DNA of 55,564 nt from Verrucomicrobiota bacterium (GCA_029572555.1 JAKPVM010000165.1:1-55564); one strand, 5' to 3'. Shown: positions 39,153 through 48,852, counted from the stretch's first letter. Program-made: numbers and translations. Notes: a model not told the origin generated them from the sequence alone.

Positions 39153-41984
39153 TTATCTTTCTATTTTGATGGTTTTTAATTGAAAAGGGTAGAGATTTAA
39201 AGTGATAGAATTACTTTTTGAAGTTAAAATCTCGTCGGCAATTGCATCGTGAGCGACCCCATAGCCTTTCAAATTAATCTTAACATCTTTTTTTTCATAC
39301 CATCCTGTATTTACAATGGCTAACCATACTCCGTTGGACTGGGTGGTAATTTCACGGACGACAATTTCAGAATCATCGCATAAATTCTGCAATAGTTTAG
39401 ATGGCAATGCAGGCAAGGCTAAAAAGTTGGCGTTAAAATTTCTCACATAATCGGGAAATCCACGCCCGTAATTACCACCCATTAAATAGCCTACCATTGA
39501 TGGGTCGGCTTTTGCTACAGCCATTGCCTCTGCCATCATACAAAAAGGACCGGAGCGTTCAACATCAGCAATGAAATAGCCAAGTTTGGGTCTACCATTT
39601 TTATCAAACATCATATCTTCATTGAGCGGATAATGTCGCACAATCGCAAGTCCTGAAGCCGTTCTGAACAGGTCAAGAGCATCGCTTGATGCAACCGTAT
39701 AAAGCCTGTTAAATCCATAAGTGAGCATTGCCCCATCAACATTGTTGTATCGCAACGGATCCGCTGGCGGGCTTGCGTGATGCGGTTCCCAATTCCCCCA
39801 GGGAAGTGGCGCAGATGTTAACGCCTTTTCATACAATTTTTGTTCAAGAACATATTCAGTTGAGACGGGTGTAATTTTGCGACCATCTATAATATGTTGC
39901 GGTTGAGATAATATTTTTTGCCAGGTCGGGACATCATCAGTGACAATCTTTTTATCCCAATCTGGAAATGATGGACCGGGTTCGCTTGCCTCGGTAGTGA
40001 ACAACGCAAACGCATTTGTGATTCTGTTTGTTCTGAGATAATCTCGCATTGAGATTATGAATTGTTGTCTCTTCCCAAACCACCAGTCCTTATAATCTTC
40101 GTAGAGTTTTTTATCAGCGATTAAATTGACGCGAGTCGGTATTTTTTCACGATTAGTCTCTTTAGCAAACCGAGTAAGGGCGGCATCTGAAAAACTTATT
40201 GGCAGTTGAGATCTTGGGCGTAACCATATTCCGGCAAAGTTTGCTTTTGAATTAAATTTTAATACTGTCAGGTCTAATATCTTTTTGAAATCCTCGTAAG
40301 TATCCGGATCTGTGATATCCGCATTTGCGCTTTCAATCCAGCTAATATGGGTATAAGCGTCGTTTCGTCCAAGCGGTTTACATCTACGTTGGTTTCCCAA
40401 TCCCTTATAACCTTTGCTGCCTGAATATTCATAATATGGCAAGAGGTCAAATTTATTTTTTGACATCAATTCCACAATTTGTCCCCACAGATTTTTATGT
40501 CGCTCCGCAAAAAATACCCAGTTATTTCCACCATAAGCCGTAGGGTCCCAGTGCTGGCAGGCGCCGAATTCAAGCAGATCTTTGCAAAATGTATTAATGC
40601 CAAGAAACTGCATTTGATTAACCTTAAACTTATACCAATCAAGCGGTTCTTTTACGGCGCGTTCATTTTCACGAGCGGAATCAATGACACCATCAGCCAT
40701 CTCTTCTCGCCAGAATATACGACGGTGCGGCAGATTTTGTGGTGGCAATTTCAAAGGCTGAATAAGAGCGGATTTATCTTTGACTTCGTAAAGTAGAATT
40801 CGTGAGACAGCTGCTCCTCGGGATACTGGGTCGTTTCGTTCTGAAAATTGAGCTATTATAACTGGGAAACCATCATCAGCCGTCAACTTTCTTTCACCTG
40901 CCCCGCGAATAAATCCGAGTTCAGGAAACCTGTCGTGAAGATTAAAATAAAGCGTCCATCTTTCATATTTTCCTGACAGCGGAAGGCGGAGCGATTCGCA
41001 ATTGTTGTTCACATATTTTGGATGAAGCGCATCACCGGTTGTTGCGCCAGTATGGAATCCCCGAGAGGTTTCGTTTCCGCCATTCATCACGATATATGCG
41101 CGCGGATTATCCTCAGGATACTCAACTACAAGAACATAATCTTTGCCCGGCGTTAGAAGTTTAAACTTGCCCATCCGAAATGCCATAAATGCGCATTCAT
41201 CAGCGGTCTTTTTCAAAACCCGACATTTTCGCCCAAGAATAATCTGCAATTCTGAAACGGCAGATGGACTTTCCGTGAAAAGATGTTCAGGATTTTCCTC
41301 GCCGCAATTCACCTCATCAACTAACCGCGCGAGTCCAAAAGGCGGAATTTCAATCCACGGTCTTGCAGAGAGTTCTTCTCTTGCCTTTTGTAATGCCATC
41401 TCTCGTTCTTTTGCTGCGAGGTTTTTTTCTTCCTGTTGCTTTTTAACTTTTTCCCATTCGTTCGGTGTAAATTGTGATAGTGCAACCTCCGCAATTCCGG
41501 CGCCCGGTGATTTAAGAGTAATTCGCACCTTACTTGACATACGTTCAATAGGAACCCGCGTCCATGCCATAAACTTATCGCAACCATAATTTGTGATTGT
41601 CGTCCATTCATTACTTTCTGTTGAAAAAACCTCTATTACAACTTCCCCTGTCCCAAAAGTATCAAATATCCAGAATGCGTTTAACGGCTTCGATTCTCCC
41701 AAATCTATTGTGGCGCTAAAAGGGAATCGCTTCCAGTATTGCGAATTAATTTTCCATCCTTTTTCCGGCTTGCCTGTGGGAGGCAATTTTTCCTGTTCAT
41801 CAATAAGACCTGAAAAATCGGCAAGCGGCGAACTGCTCGTAAGCATTTGCGGTGTTAGTTTAAGAAAATGTTCTTCCTCGGCGCTGGCTGTAAATAAAGC
41901 AGTAAACATCACAAAACTTAATTCCAGCAATATTGTCAAACGCACTAAAATATCAGCCTTTAAATATTTGAAATCGGGATTCAT
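39153..41984 (-). CDS. large secreted hypothetical protein with N-terminal discoidin/CBM32-like domain
   Basis: 943 aa with an N-terminal hydrophobic anchor. Residues around 80-170 (ATIDLGESKPLNAFWIFD...VRITLKSPGAGIAEVAL) resemble F5/8 type C domains. The rest is unassigned and may be glycan-active. Confidence 0.5.
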   Translation of the reverse strand: MNPDFKYLKADILVRLTILLELSFVMFTALFTASAEEEHFLKLTPQMLTSSSPLADFSGLIDEQEKLPPTGKPEKGWKINSQYWKRFPFSATIDLGESKPLNAFWIFDTFGTGEVVIEVFSTESNEWTTITNYGCDKFMAWTRVPIERMSSKVRITLKSPGAGIAEVALSQFTPNEWEKVKKQQEEKNLAAKEREMALQKAREELSARPWIEIPPFGLARLVDEVNCGEENPEHLFTESPSAVSELQIILGRKCRVLKKTADECAFMAFRMGKFKLLTPGKDYVLVVEYPEDNPRAYIVMNGGNETSRGFHTGATTGDALHPKYVNNNCESLRLPLSGKYERWTLYFNLHDRFPELGFIRGAGERKLTADDGFPVIIAQFSERNDPVSRGAAVSRILLYEVKDKSALIQPLKLPPQNLPHRRIFWREEMADGVIDSARENERAVKEPLDWYKFKVNQMQFLGINTFCKDLLEFGACQHWDPTAYGGNNWVFFAERHKNLWGQIVELMSKNKFDLLPYYEYSGSKGYKGLGNQRRCKPLGRNDAYTHISWIESANADITDPDTYEDFKKILDLTVLKFNSKANFAGIWLRPRSQLPISFSDAALTRFAKETNREKIPTRVNLIADKKLYEDYKDWWFGKRQQFIISMRDYLRTNRITNAFALFTTEASEPGPSFPDWDKKIVTDDVPTWQKILSQPQHIIDGRKITPVSTEYVLEQKLYEKALTSAPLPWGNWEPHHASPPADPLRYNNVDGAMLTYGFNRLYTVASSDALDLFRTASGLAIVRHYPLNEDMMFDKNGRPKLGYFIADVERSGPFCMMAEAMAVAKADPSMVGYLMGGNYGRGFPDYVRNFNANFLALPALPSKLLQNLCDDSEIVVREITTQSNGVWLAIVNTGWYEKKDVKINLKGYGVAHDAIADEILTSKSNSITLNLYPFQLKTIKIER

Positions 41985-42128
41985 AAAATCTAATTAATTT
42001 AAATCCGCATTAATTTAAATCCATTTCTGTATTATTTATCTTTTCCAAAAACTTTTAAAATATAATTTGAATTTCGCATTTTATAAATTGACCTTCTTAT
42101 TTAATCAAATTAATCTCATTTTTCAGAT

Positions 42129-43220
42129 ATGAAAATTTCCTTTAAAATTTTAATTTTAAGTCTCCTGATATATTTATTTAACAATCAAGGTTCCACAACT
42201 CTATGTCAGGAATATTCTCTGGATAAGGAAACGATTGACCGCTGGAGCACGCCGTATCGTGGCTGGCATTACTGGAATGACCATATAATATCTTCAAATC
42301 CACAAATTCCGGGCTATGAAGAGTTTAAGAACTCCGATGTCCCTTGCGTTTATCAAATCCCGGGTCAAACGAACAAGTGGTATATGAGTTTTATAGCGTT
42401 CAATGGCAAAGGATATAACTCGTTTGTTGTTGAAAGCGATGACCTTTTACACTGGGGTAATCCACGACTGGCTATGGGATTTGGGCCACAAGGAGAGTTT
42501 GATAATGGCGGTTGCGTAATAGGCGCGTTTTTATACGATTCCTACGATATAAAAGCGCCAAGAATGTTGAAAAAACAGAATGGAAAATATTGGACGCTCT
42601 ATGGCTGTTATCCCCGACAGGGCGGATACGAGTTGCGTCCCGGATACGAAGGCGTCGCTTGCAGCGAGGATGGAATTAAATGGAGTCGCGCCAAAAATTC
42701 GCCAATCCTTTCCATCTATGATGCCGATTGCGGTGTATGGGAAAAGGACTGCATCTATCAACCCTGGCTTGTGGAATTTAAAACCAGGTATTTTAATTTC
42801 TACAACGCCGCTAATGGCGGGACCGAACAATCCGGTCTGGCTTTTTCAACCGACTTGCTAAACTGGATGCGTTATCCTGCTAACCCGCTGATTCACAACC
42901 GAAAAGGCGGATTCGATGAAGGTATGGCTTCCGACCCAAAGGTATTTAAAGATGGCGACCACTGGACAATGTTTTATTTTGGACTTGGAAAAGGCGGCGC
43001 TCATATAATGGTGGCTTTTTCAAGAGACATTGTTCATTGGAGTTCTCACCCAGAACCGCTATATAAGGCTGGTGCACATCCTGATGGTCTGGACAAAGAA
43101 CATGCCCATAAAATCTCGCTTGTTTATAATCCCAATAACGACACCTTTTATATGTACTATTGCGCAGTTGGTAAAAAAGGACGCGGAATCGGGCTTTTAA
43201 CAAGCAAACCGCTGAAATAG
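42129..43220 (+). CDS. five-bladed beta-propeller glycoside-hydrolase-like protein (GH43/32/130 superfamily)
   Basis: Signal peptide and repeated blade motifs ESDDLLHW, SEDGIKWS, STDLLNWM and SRDIVHWS. Confidence 0.45.
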   Translation: MKISFKILILSLLIYLFNNQGSTTLCQEYSLDKETIDRWSTPYRGWHYWNDHIISSNPQIPGYEEFKNSDVPCVYQIPGQTNKWYMSFIAFNGKGYNSFVVESDDLLHWGNPRLAMGFGPQGEFDNGGCVIGAFLYDSYDIKAPRMLKKQNGKYWTLYGCYPRQGGYELRPGYEGVACSEDGIKWSRAKNSPILSIYDADCGVWEKDCIYQPWLVEFKTRYFNFYNAANGGTEQSGLAFSTDLLNWMRYPANPLIHNRKGGFDEGMASDPKVFKDGDHWTMFYFGLGKGGAHIMVAFSRDIVHWSSHPEPLYKAGAHPDGLDKEHAHKISLVYNPNNDTFYMYYCAVGKKGRGIGLLTSKPLK

Positions 43221-43325
43221 AAATTTACAATGAGAAAATCTAATATTATATTGCAGTTAGAGAAAGCAAACCGGAATCAAATTGGGACTTAGTCAAACGG
43301 CTGCAATAATAAACAGTGAAATAAT

Positions 43326-43610
43326 ATGAAAAAAACATTAGCACTCATCGTTGGCATGGCAGTCGTAGGGGCAACAATAATAACTCTGGCTCAACAGACT
43401 GCGCCAAATTCTACAGGTCAATCCTTTCAGGGTTTATATTGTAAAAAAGGTGACGACAATAGTCCTCAATTCAACCGTAAAAATCAGGGACAAGGACAAC
43501 AAAACCGTTGTGGTTGGGGGATGTGGAGGAAAGGATTCCGTGGTGGCCCACAAGACGGCACCGGTCCACGCAGAGATGGTAGTTGTGGAAGGTGTCCTCG
43601 TCTGAGTTAA
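43326..43610 (+). CDS. small secreted Gly/Gln/Arg-rich, four-Cys protein
   Basis: 94 aa with a signal peptide (MKKTLALIVGMAVVGATIITLAQQ). The low-complexity mature part contains GPQDGTGPRRDGSCGRC. Confidence 0.4.
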   Translation: MKKTLALIVGMAVVGATIITLAQQTAPNSTGQSFQGLYCKKGDDNSPQFNRKNQGQGQQNRCGWGMWRKGFRGGPQDGTGPRRDGSCGRCPRLS

Positions 43611-43977
43611 TTAAACTTTATCACAGCAAATCTTTTTACGAAAGCTCTTTTGCCAGAATGCAAAGGATTCGTGAAATGCTTTTATCGTATTTTTTCTCGA
43701 AATCAATATGCCATCGTATTATATCATTCTTGAATTTGTTGAATGTTAAGGTATGAGCGATGTAGTAATTTTTTGTGAAATTCGAAATTGCTCTAACTGC
43801 CTGTAATTACGCTATTTATCCATATTTAACTCAGGAAAATAGGATATGTTATTCAGCATCAAGAATACTCTGACTATAATTAATATAAATCTACCTCAAC
43901 CGTTAGCATTTCTGTAAAAATTGCGTATTTGAGTGAATATTTATTAGTGTTGCAATAATAATATTAAACAGATTCAA

Positions 43978-44277
43978 CAACCTGCGAAAGCAGGTGACAG
44001 GATTATAGCAAAAGCAATACAAAAACATCATAAACCGCCCAAAGCGGTGACAGAGTCATTATTTAAATTAGCGCTCTGACACCCCTAACGGGGTTTTCCT
44101 CTGTGTTAATGTCTATGCTATAATCCTGCCACTCCTTGCGGAGTTTTAAAATGCCAGCCTTCGGCTGGTTGATATTTTATGGACAAAATGTTTTTCACAA
44201 TATTAATTGTCATAATCTGGAGTATAAATATTTTGTTATTGTGTATTAATCCGATATCTGTGCTAATGATTCAGGTA
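43978..44277 (-). repeat. structured intergenic repeat element, copy 2 (inverted relative to copy 1, with a 52-nt extra segment)
   Basis: The reverse complement aligns with 14808-15057. It has the same hairpins and arms (43980-43995, 43994-44010, 44116-44132). An extra segment at about 44169-44220 is absent from copy 1. Confidence 0.85.
44116..44124 (+). promoter_or_regulatory. candidate extended -10 promoter (TGCTATAAT) inside repeat copy 2, facing pilM
   Basis: It is an exact match to the TGnTATAAT consensus. pilM's ATG lies about 215 nt downstream and no other gene intervenes. Confidence 0.3.
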
Positions 44278-44338
44278 GCATAAAATAGTAATAAAAAATT
44301 GTTGCAATGATTTTAAAAATTTGTTAGTGAACAATTGT

Positions 44339-45412
44339 ATGTCAATCAGCATTGGCAACCGTAGCTCAAAAAAATATGACCAAATCATTAGTGTCGATCT
44401 TGGTGGGAGAACTACAAAAGCTATCAGTATAAAGCGCAGAGGTGGATCTTTCGAGTTTTCAAATTATGCTATAATTGATGCACCAATTTATGAGAAGAAT
44501 TTAACCGCAGAGATTTTATCCGAACATCTAAAATCTGTAATTAAAAAACTTGATACCAAAGTAAAAAGAATAAACATGACGGTTGGTGCAACTGATTCAG
44601 TAGTGAGAATTGTTGATTTGCCCGCTATGGCTGTTGCCAATATGAGGTTAATGTTAAAACACAGCAGTAAGGTTTATCTTCAGCAAGAATTAACAGATTA
44701 TGTTTTTGATTGTTTTATTTTGCCGCCGGGCAAAGTTGCGCCAAAACAGGGCGTGGAAGAAAAGAAAACAACTGCGCAAAAATATAGGGTCGTTGTCGGG
44801 GGGGCAAAACAACAACTTGTAGAAGAAATACAAAAAGCCTCAAAAATAGCAGGAATAACAATTGACAATCTAATTCCGGAACTGATTTGTCCTGTGAACG
44901 CCTTTGAGTATGCACAACCGGACACTTTTAAAAACGAATCTATGGCGCTTGTGGACGTCGGCTTTAAAGGGTGTTCAGTATCGGTATTGATTCAGGGTGA
45001 ACTTGTTTTAAATCGGGTTGTAAATATTGGCGGAGATAAATTGACAGGTGCACTTGCTGAATCGCTTGGCATAACCTATGCCGAAGCCGAAGGAATCAAA
45101 ATTGGTATGCCTGATGAAGTACAAGCAAACCTTGAATCTATAATAGCAATGCTCGGAAGAGAATTAAGGGCTTCAATTGATTTTTGTGAACATCAATCTA
45201 ATGTGATCATTGGGCAGGTTTTTGTCTCCGGTGGTTCAGCGCGTTCTGATTTTTTATTAAAGTGTTTGCAAAACGAATTGGCAGTTCCTTGCCATAGATG
45301 GAATCCTACGGCTTTTATGGAATACAAACTGCCACCACAGTTAATGGGAGAGGTTGAACAAGTTGCACCGCAACTTACTGTGGCTATTGGGGCGGCTGCT
45401 TGTTCATTTTAA
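44339..45412 (+). CDS. pilM: type IV pilus assembly protein PilM (actin-like ATPase fold)
   Basis: Contains ISVDLGGRTTK, ALVDVGFKG and VFVSGGSA phosphate-binding-like motifs. A PilN-like gene follows. The first ATG is at 44339, whereas the track start at 44321 is TTG. Confidence 0.85.
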   Translation: MSISIGNRSSKKYDQIISVDLGGRTTKAISIKRRGGSFEFSNYAIIDAPIYEKNLTAEILSEHLKSVIKKLDTKVKRINMTVGATDSVVRIVDLPAMAVANMRLMLKHSSKVYLQQELTDYVFDCFILPPGKVAPKQGVEEKKTTAQKYRVVVGGAKQQLVEEIQKASKIAGITIDNLIPELICPVNAFEYAQPDTFKNESMALVDVGFKGCSVSVLIQGELVLNRVVNIGGDKLTGALAESLGITYAEAEGIKIGMPDEVQANLESIIAMLGRELRASIDFCEHQSNVIIGQVFVSGGSARSDFLLKCLQNELAVPCHRWNPTAFMEYKLPPQLMGEVEQVAPQLTVAIGAAACSF

Positions 45413-45424
45413 AAATTAGTTAAT

Positions 45425-46105
45425 ATGCCAATAAAATTAAATCTTCTTGCAGAGGTTCAATCTGCCGAAGAAATACGGCGGAAAGACCCTCTTCGTTATG
45501 CCATTTATTGTTCTGCTGGTGTGATTTTGGTTGTGTTACTCTGGGTATGTATGAACCAGATGTTTATTTCTGGCAAAAATAAAGAGCTTAGTGGACTTAA
45601 TTCAAGCTGGGAACGGATGAAGCCACAATATAATTTGATACAGTCAAACCTTGCATACCTCAACGATTTGCATCAGCAATTAAATCAGCTTACAAATTAT
45701 GTTACGAACCGCTTTTTATGGGCAAATGTGTTAAATGCACTCCAACAGTGCATAACAAATGTTTCAAAAAATGTCCAATTCACCCGTTTTAGAACCGACC
45801 ACAGTTTTCAAGTTACACAGCCCTCTCTTGAGGTAAAAGAAGGAAAGAAAATTGTTGTGCCGGGTTTAAGCGTCGAAAAGATTAAATTTCTTATAGAGGC
45901 AAAAGACTACGGAAAAGAAGAGGAAGACAATGTGGTGCGTTTGCGTGAGGCAATCGCCGAGTTTCCATTTTTTAAAGAACGACTTGACAGGGCGCGCGGG
46001 GTAAGACTGGAAAGTTTGTCGCCGAGAATAAACGATCCTGAAAACCCTGAACGTTCCTATGTGGTTTTTACAATTGAGTGCGAGTTTCCAGATAAAACCC
46101 GTTGA
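45425..46105 (+). CDS. pilN: PilN-like pilus assembly protein
   Basis: N-terminal MPIKLNLL (the PilM-binding INLLP-type motif), a single TM, and a position after pilM. Confidence 0.7.
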   Translation: MPIKLNLLAEVQSAEEIRRKDPLRYAIYCSAGVILVVLLWVCMNQMFISGKNKELSGLNSSWERMKPQYNLIQSNLAYLNDLHQQLNQLTNYVTNRFLWANVLNALQQCITNVSKNVQFTRFRTDHSFQVTQPSLEVKEGKKIVVPGLSVEKIKFLIEAKDYGKEEEDNVVRLREAIAEFPFFKERLDRARGVRLESLSPRINDPENPERSYVVFTIECEFPDKTR

Positions 46106-46108
46106 ACA

Positions 46109-46699
46109 ATGAAACTAACAAAGCAAAAACAACAGTATCTTGCGCTGATAGCGTTAGGGACAATTTTTGTAGTTGTTGCAGTTTATTTTACCGTGATGGC
46201 AAACCAGTTTGATAAAATCGCCGCTCTTGATAAACAGATTGCCGATGCATCGGCGAATGTGGATAAAGCAAGAAAAGCTATCAGCAAAGCAAACTCAATC
46301 CAGCAAGAAGTCGAACAATTGAAGAACGTTATTTTAGATATTGAAACTAACAATATGCCTCCTGCGGGAGATAAATATTCCTGGTTTGTTGACACACTGC
46401 GCAAATTTTTAGTCCCTTACCAGAATCAAATTAGCATTCCATACAGAAGCCGTGAGGTCATCGGCGATGTCGGTATGTTCCCATCCTTTCCATATAAAGC
46501 CGCAACCTTCTCCGTGCGTGGTAATGCATCATATCATCAATATGGTCGTTTTTTATCAGACCTTGAAAACAAATTTCAATATTTTCGAGTTCAAAAGATT
46601 ATTTTATCTCCAGCACCCCCTGCGGAAGGTGGAGTACAATCCCGAAAACTGGAATTTGATATGGACATTGTTACGCTTATAAAAACAAATGCACCATGA
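46109..46699 (+). CDS. pilO: PilO-like pilus assembly protein
   Basis: Single N-terminal TM plus a coiled-coil segment, about 200 aa, located between the pilN-like gene and the secretin. The call rests mainly on position. Confidence 0.55.
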   Translation: MKLTKQKQQYLALIALGTIFVVVAVYFTVMANQFDKIAALDKQIADASANVDKARKAISKANSIQQEVEQLKNVILDIETNNMPPAGDKYSWFVDTLRKFLVPYQNQISIPYRSREVIGDVGMFPSFPYKAATFSVRGNASYHQYGRFLSDLENKFQYFRVQKIILSPAPPAEGGVQSRKLEFDMDIVTLIKTNAP

Positions 46700-47232
46700 A
46701 ATTATGCAAAAAAATTAAGACAGAGAACTGTCTGGATAGATGGATAATGATTGCACTGTTTTTAACAACCGTCGCGGGATATGATTTGCTTGCTGCTCAA
46801 ACTAAACCGCAGACCGGTTCAGCAGTCAAAACTAATGCTCCGCCACCTCAGCCGATAGTGGTTGAAATCCCCAAATCTGTTTTTATATGGAATCCAAAAG
46901 AGGTAGGTTATGGCAGAGACCCATTCTTTCCGATAGAACCCGATTCTGTAAAAACAAATGAACAAAAGTCTATCACAACAACCAAAACAATCCAGCAGCT
47001 ACAACCACAAAAACCTGTAGTAGATCTTAAATTGCAAGGAATTATAGGCAATATAAGGTGCATAATAAATGGCAAACAGATTTCAATAGGTGATGAAGAA
47101 ATAATCCCTTATTCAAGTGGTAGAATCAAAGTAAAATGCAACAAAATTGAAGATGGGATTGCTTATATAACAATCATTTACAACGACGGTACTACTGAGA
47201 ATCGCGAGCTTTCATTGAAGGCTAAAAAATAG
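46696..47232 (+). CDS. PilP-like small periplasmic protein
   Basis: 178 aa with an N-terminal hydrophobic segment. The C-terminal beta-domain pattern LKLQGIIGN...INGKQISIGDEE resembles PilP/GspC HR domains. ATGA overlap with the pilO-like gene. Confidence 0.45.
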   Translation: MKLCKKIKTENCLDRWIMIALFLTTVAGYDLLAAQTKPQTGSAVKTNAPPPQPIVVEIPKSVFIWNPKEVGYGRDPFFPIEPDSVKTNEQKSITTTKTIQQLQPQKPVVDLKLQGIIGNIRCIINGKQISIGDEEIIPYSSGRIKVKCNKIEDGIAYITIIYNDGTTENRELSLKAKK

Positions 47233-47274
47233 GCATAATTAAAAATTTAATATTAAAACAAAAATATTGATAAA

Positions 47275-48852
47275 ATGAAAACGATAACATCGTTTGCGGT
47301 TGCGGTTGGAATCTTTGCGGTCATTTATAACATTGCTGCCGGGGCAGCACCTGTAAATGAGCCAACAGATATTAAACTTGAAGACACCCCGCTGGATGTA
47401 GCGATTCAAACCATCGCTGAAATGGCGGGTGTTAACGTCTATATAGACCAAAAGATCCATAACCCGGTTATTGGTGCGGATGGCCACGCACATACGAATT
47501 TTGTAACTTTACGTTGGAATAGTATAACACCGACGAACGCTTTCAAAGCGCTGATAAACAATTATGGACTTGTAGCGACTTTTGACCAGGAAACCGGCGT
47601 TACAAAGGTAACTATGAAAGACATAACGGCGCTTGAACCATTGGAAGTTAAAACAATTTCCCTTAAATACGCTAATCCCACAAATATCGTTGAGGCAATA
47701 AAAACCGTTATCGGACAACGTAGCCGAATTATACCGGATATCAGAACAAGCCAACTGATTGTTATGGCAACGCAGAGCGAACTTACGCAAATTACAAATC
47801 TTATTGCGGAACTTGATACCCCATTAACTCAAATTTTGATAGAAGCCCGATTCATAGAAACATCAAAAAATCCTAAAAGCTTAAAAGGTATTGACTGGGC
47901 AGGGACTTTAGGTGGGCAGAACTTTACCTTTGGCAACGGAATTACTACTGGACAAACTGATACCCAAATTCCTGGAACTCCAGAAACTTCTACAAGCACA
48001 CTACCGAGCGGCAGATCTACAACCTCAACATTGACCCCCGGATACGTTTCGCAAACGGCTCTATCGACCGTTCTTGGCGCAGGAGGCATTAGCGTAGATA
48101 CTTCACGCGGTTGGTTCCCACATACGGCATTTTTAAACGCAGATGGCGTAAAAGCGGTGTTGAGCTTCCTGAATACCGAAAATGATATCGAATCCATTGC
48201 CACGCCGCGAGCCGTAACGCTTGAAGGAAATAAAGTTGAACTCTCAGTTGTGCAATATATCCCTGTGTTCGAGGAGGAACAAGGCGCTCTTGTTGCCGGC
48301 GGAGCTCAACCACCAACTGTAAAACCAAATTATAACTTGACTGTTGGAGAAAATCAAACACCCCTAAATAAAGTCGGTGTTACGTTAATTGTTACTCCTC
48401 GCGTCGTAGGAACAAATTCAATTCAATTACAACTTGAACCAAATATTTCCGTAAAAGAGCCGATCCCTGAAAGGCTAACACTTGGCGGCAAAATAAATGA
48501 ATCCCCTATCTTTACACACAGAACTATCACAACGTTAGCAACGGTGCCAGACCAGCATACACTTGTGCTTGGCGGTTTGATTAATAATTCTACCACCAAG
48601 ACTTATAGTAAAGTTCCACTGCTTGGCGACATTCCTATCCTCGGCTACCTGTTTAGAAGAGATACAAAAGAAGGAAATAAACGAAACTTGATAATATTTG
48701 TTACCCCAACGATTGTATCCGAAGAAGATTATCAACAACCGCCAGCTTCCACTATCAATTTCTTGAAGACAAAACCATTAGATAAGCCTGATATTGAGGA
48801 CCCGGCATGGGATTCAGGAGCGCCAAAAGATAAAACACGCTCATTGTTCTAA
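47275..48852 (+). CDS. pilQ: secretin (PilQ/GspD family)
   Basis: Signal peptide and N-domains. The C-terminal secretin signature is TLVLGGLI...KVPLLGDIPILGYLFR...NLIIFVTPTIV. Confidence 0.85.
   Translation: MKTITSFAVAVGIFAVIYNIAAGAAPVNEPTDIKLEDTPLDVAIQTIAEMAGVNVYIDQKIHNPVIGADGHAHTNFVTLRWNSITPTNAFKALINNYGLVATFDQETGVTKVTMKDITALEPLEVKTISLKYANPTNIVEAIKTVIGQRSRIIPDIRTSQLIVMATQSELTQITNLIAELDTPLTQILIEARFIETSKNPKSLKGIDWAGTLGGQNFTFGNGITTGQTDTQIPGTPETSTSTLPSGRSTTSTLTPGYVSQTALSTVLGAGGISVDTSRGWFPHTAFLNADGVKAVLSFLNTENDIESIATPRAVTLEGNKVELSVVQYIPVFEEEQGALVAGGAQPPTVKPNYNLTVGENQTPLNKVGVTLIVTPRVVGTNSIQLQLEPNISVKEPIPERLTLGGKINESPIFTHRTITTLATVPDQHTLVLGGLINNSTTKTYSKVPLLGDIPILGYLFRRDTKEGNKRNLIIFVTPTIVSEEDYQQPPASTINFLKTKPLDKPDIEDPAWDSGAPKDKTRSLF

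Noticed and set aside
41143-41997. Plus-strand ORFs of 148 and 134 aa inside the 943-aa gene.
   Set aside because: They are antisense shadows. The minus-strand frame is open for 2.8 kb and has a signal anchor and a discoidin-like domain.
43978-44170. Could the repeat core be a known housekeeping RNA (SRP, RNase P, tmRNA or 6S), given the GGTGACAGG/GAAA motifs?
   Set aside because: None of the universal signatures are present, for example the RNase P GAGGAAAGUCC or a tmRNA tag ORF. A housekeeping RNA would also not occur in three diverged copies.
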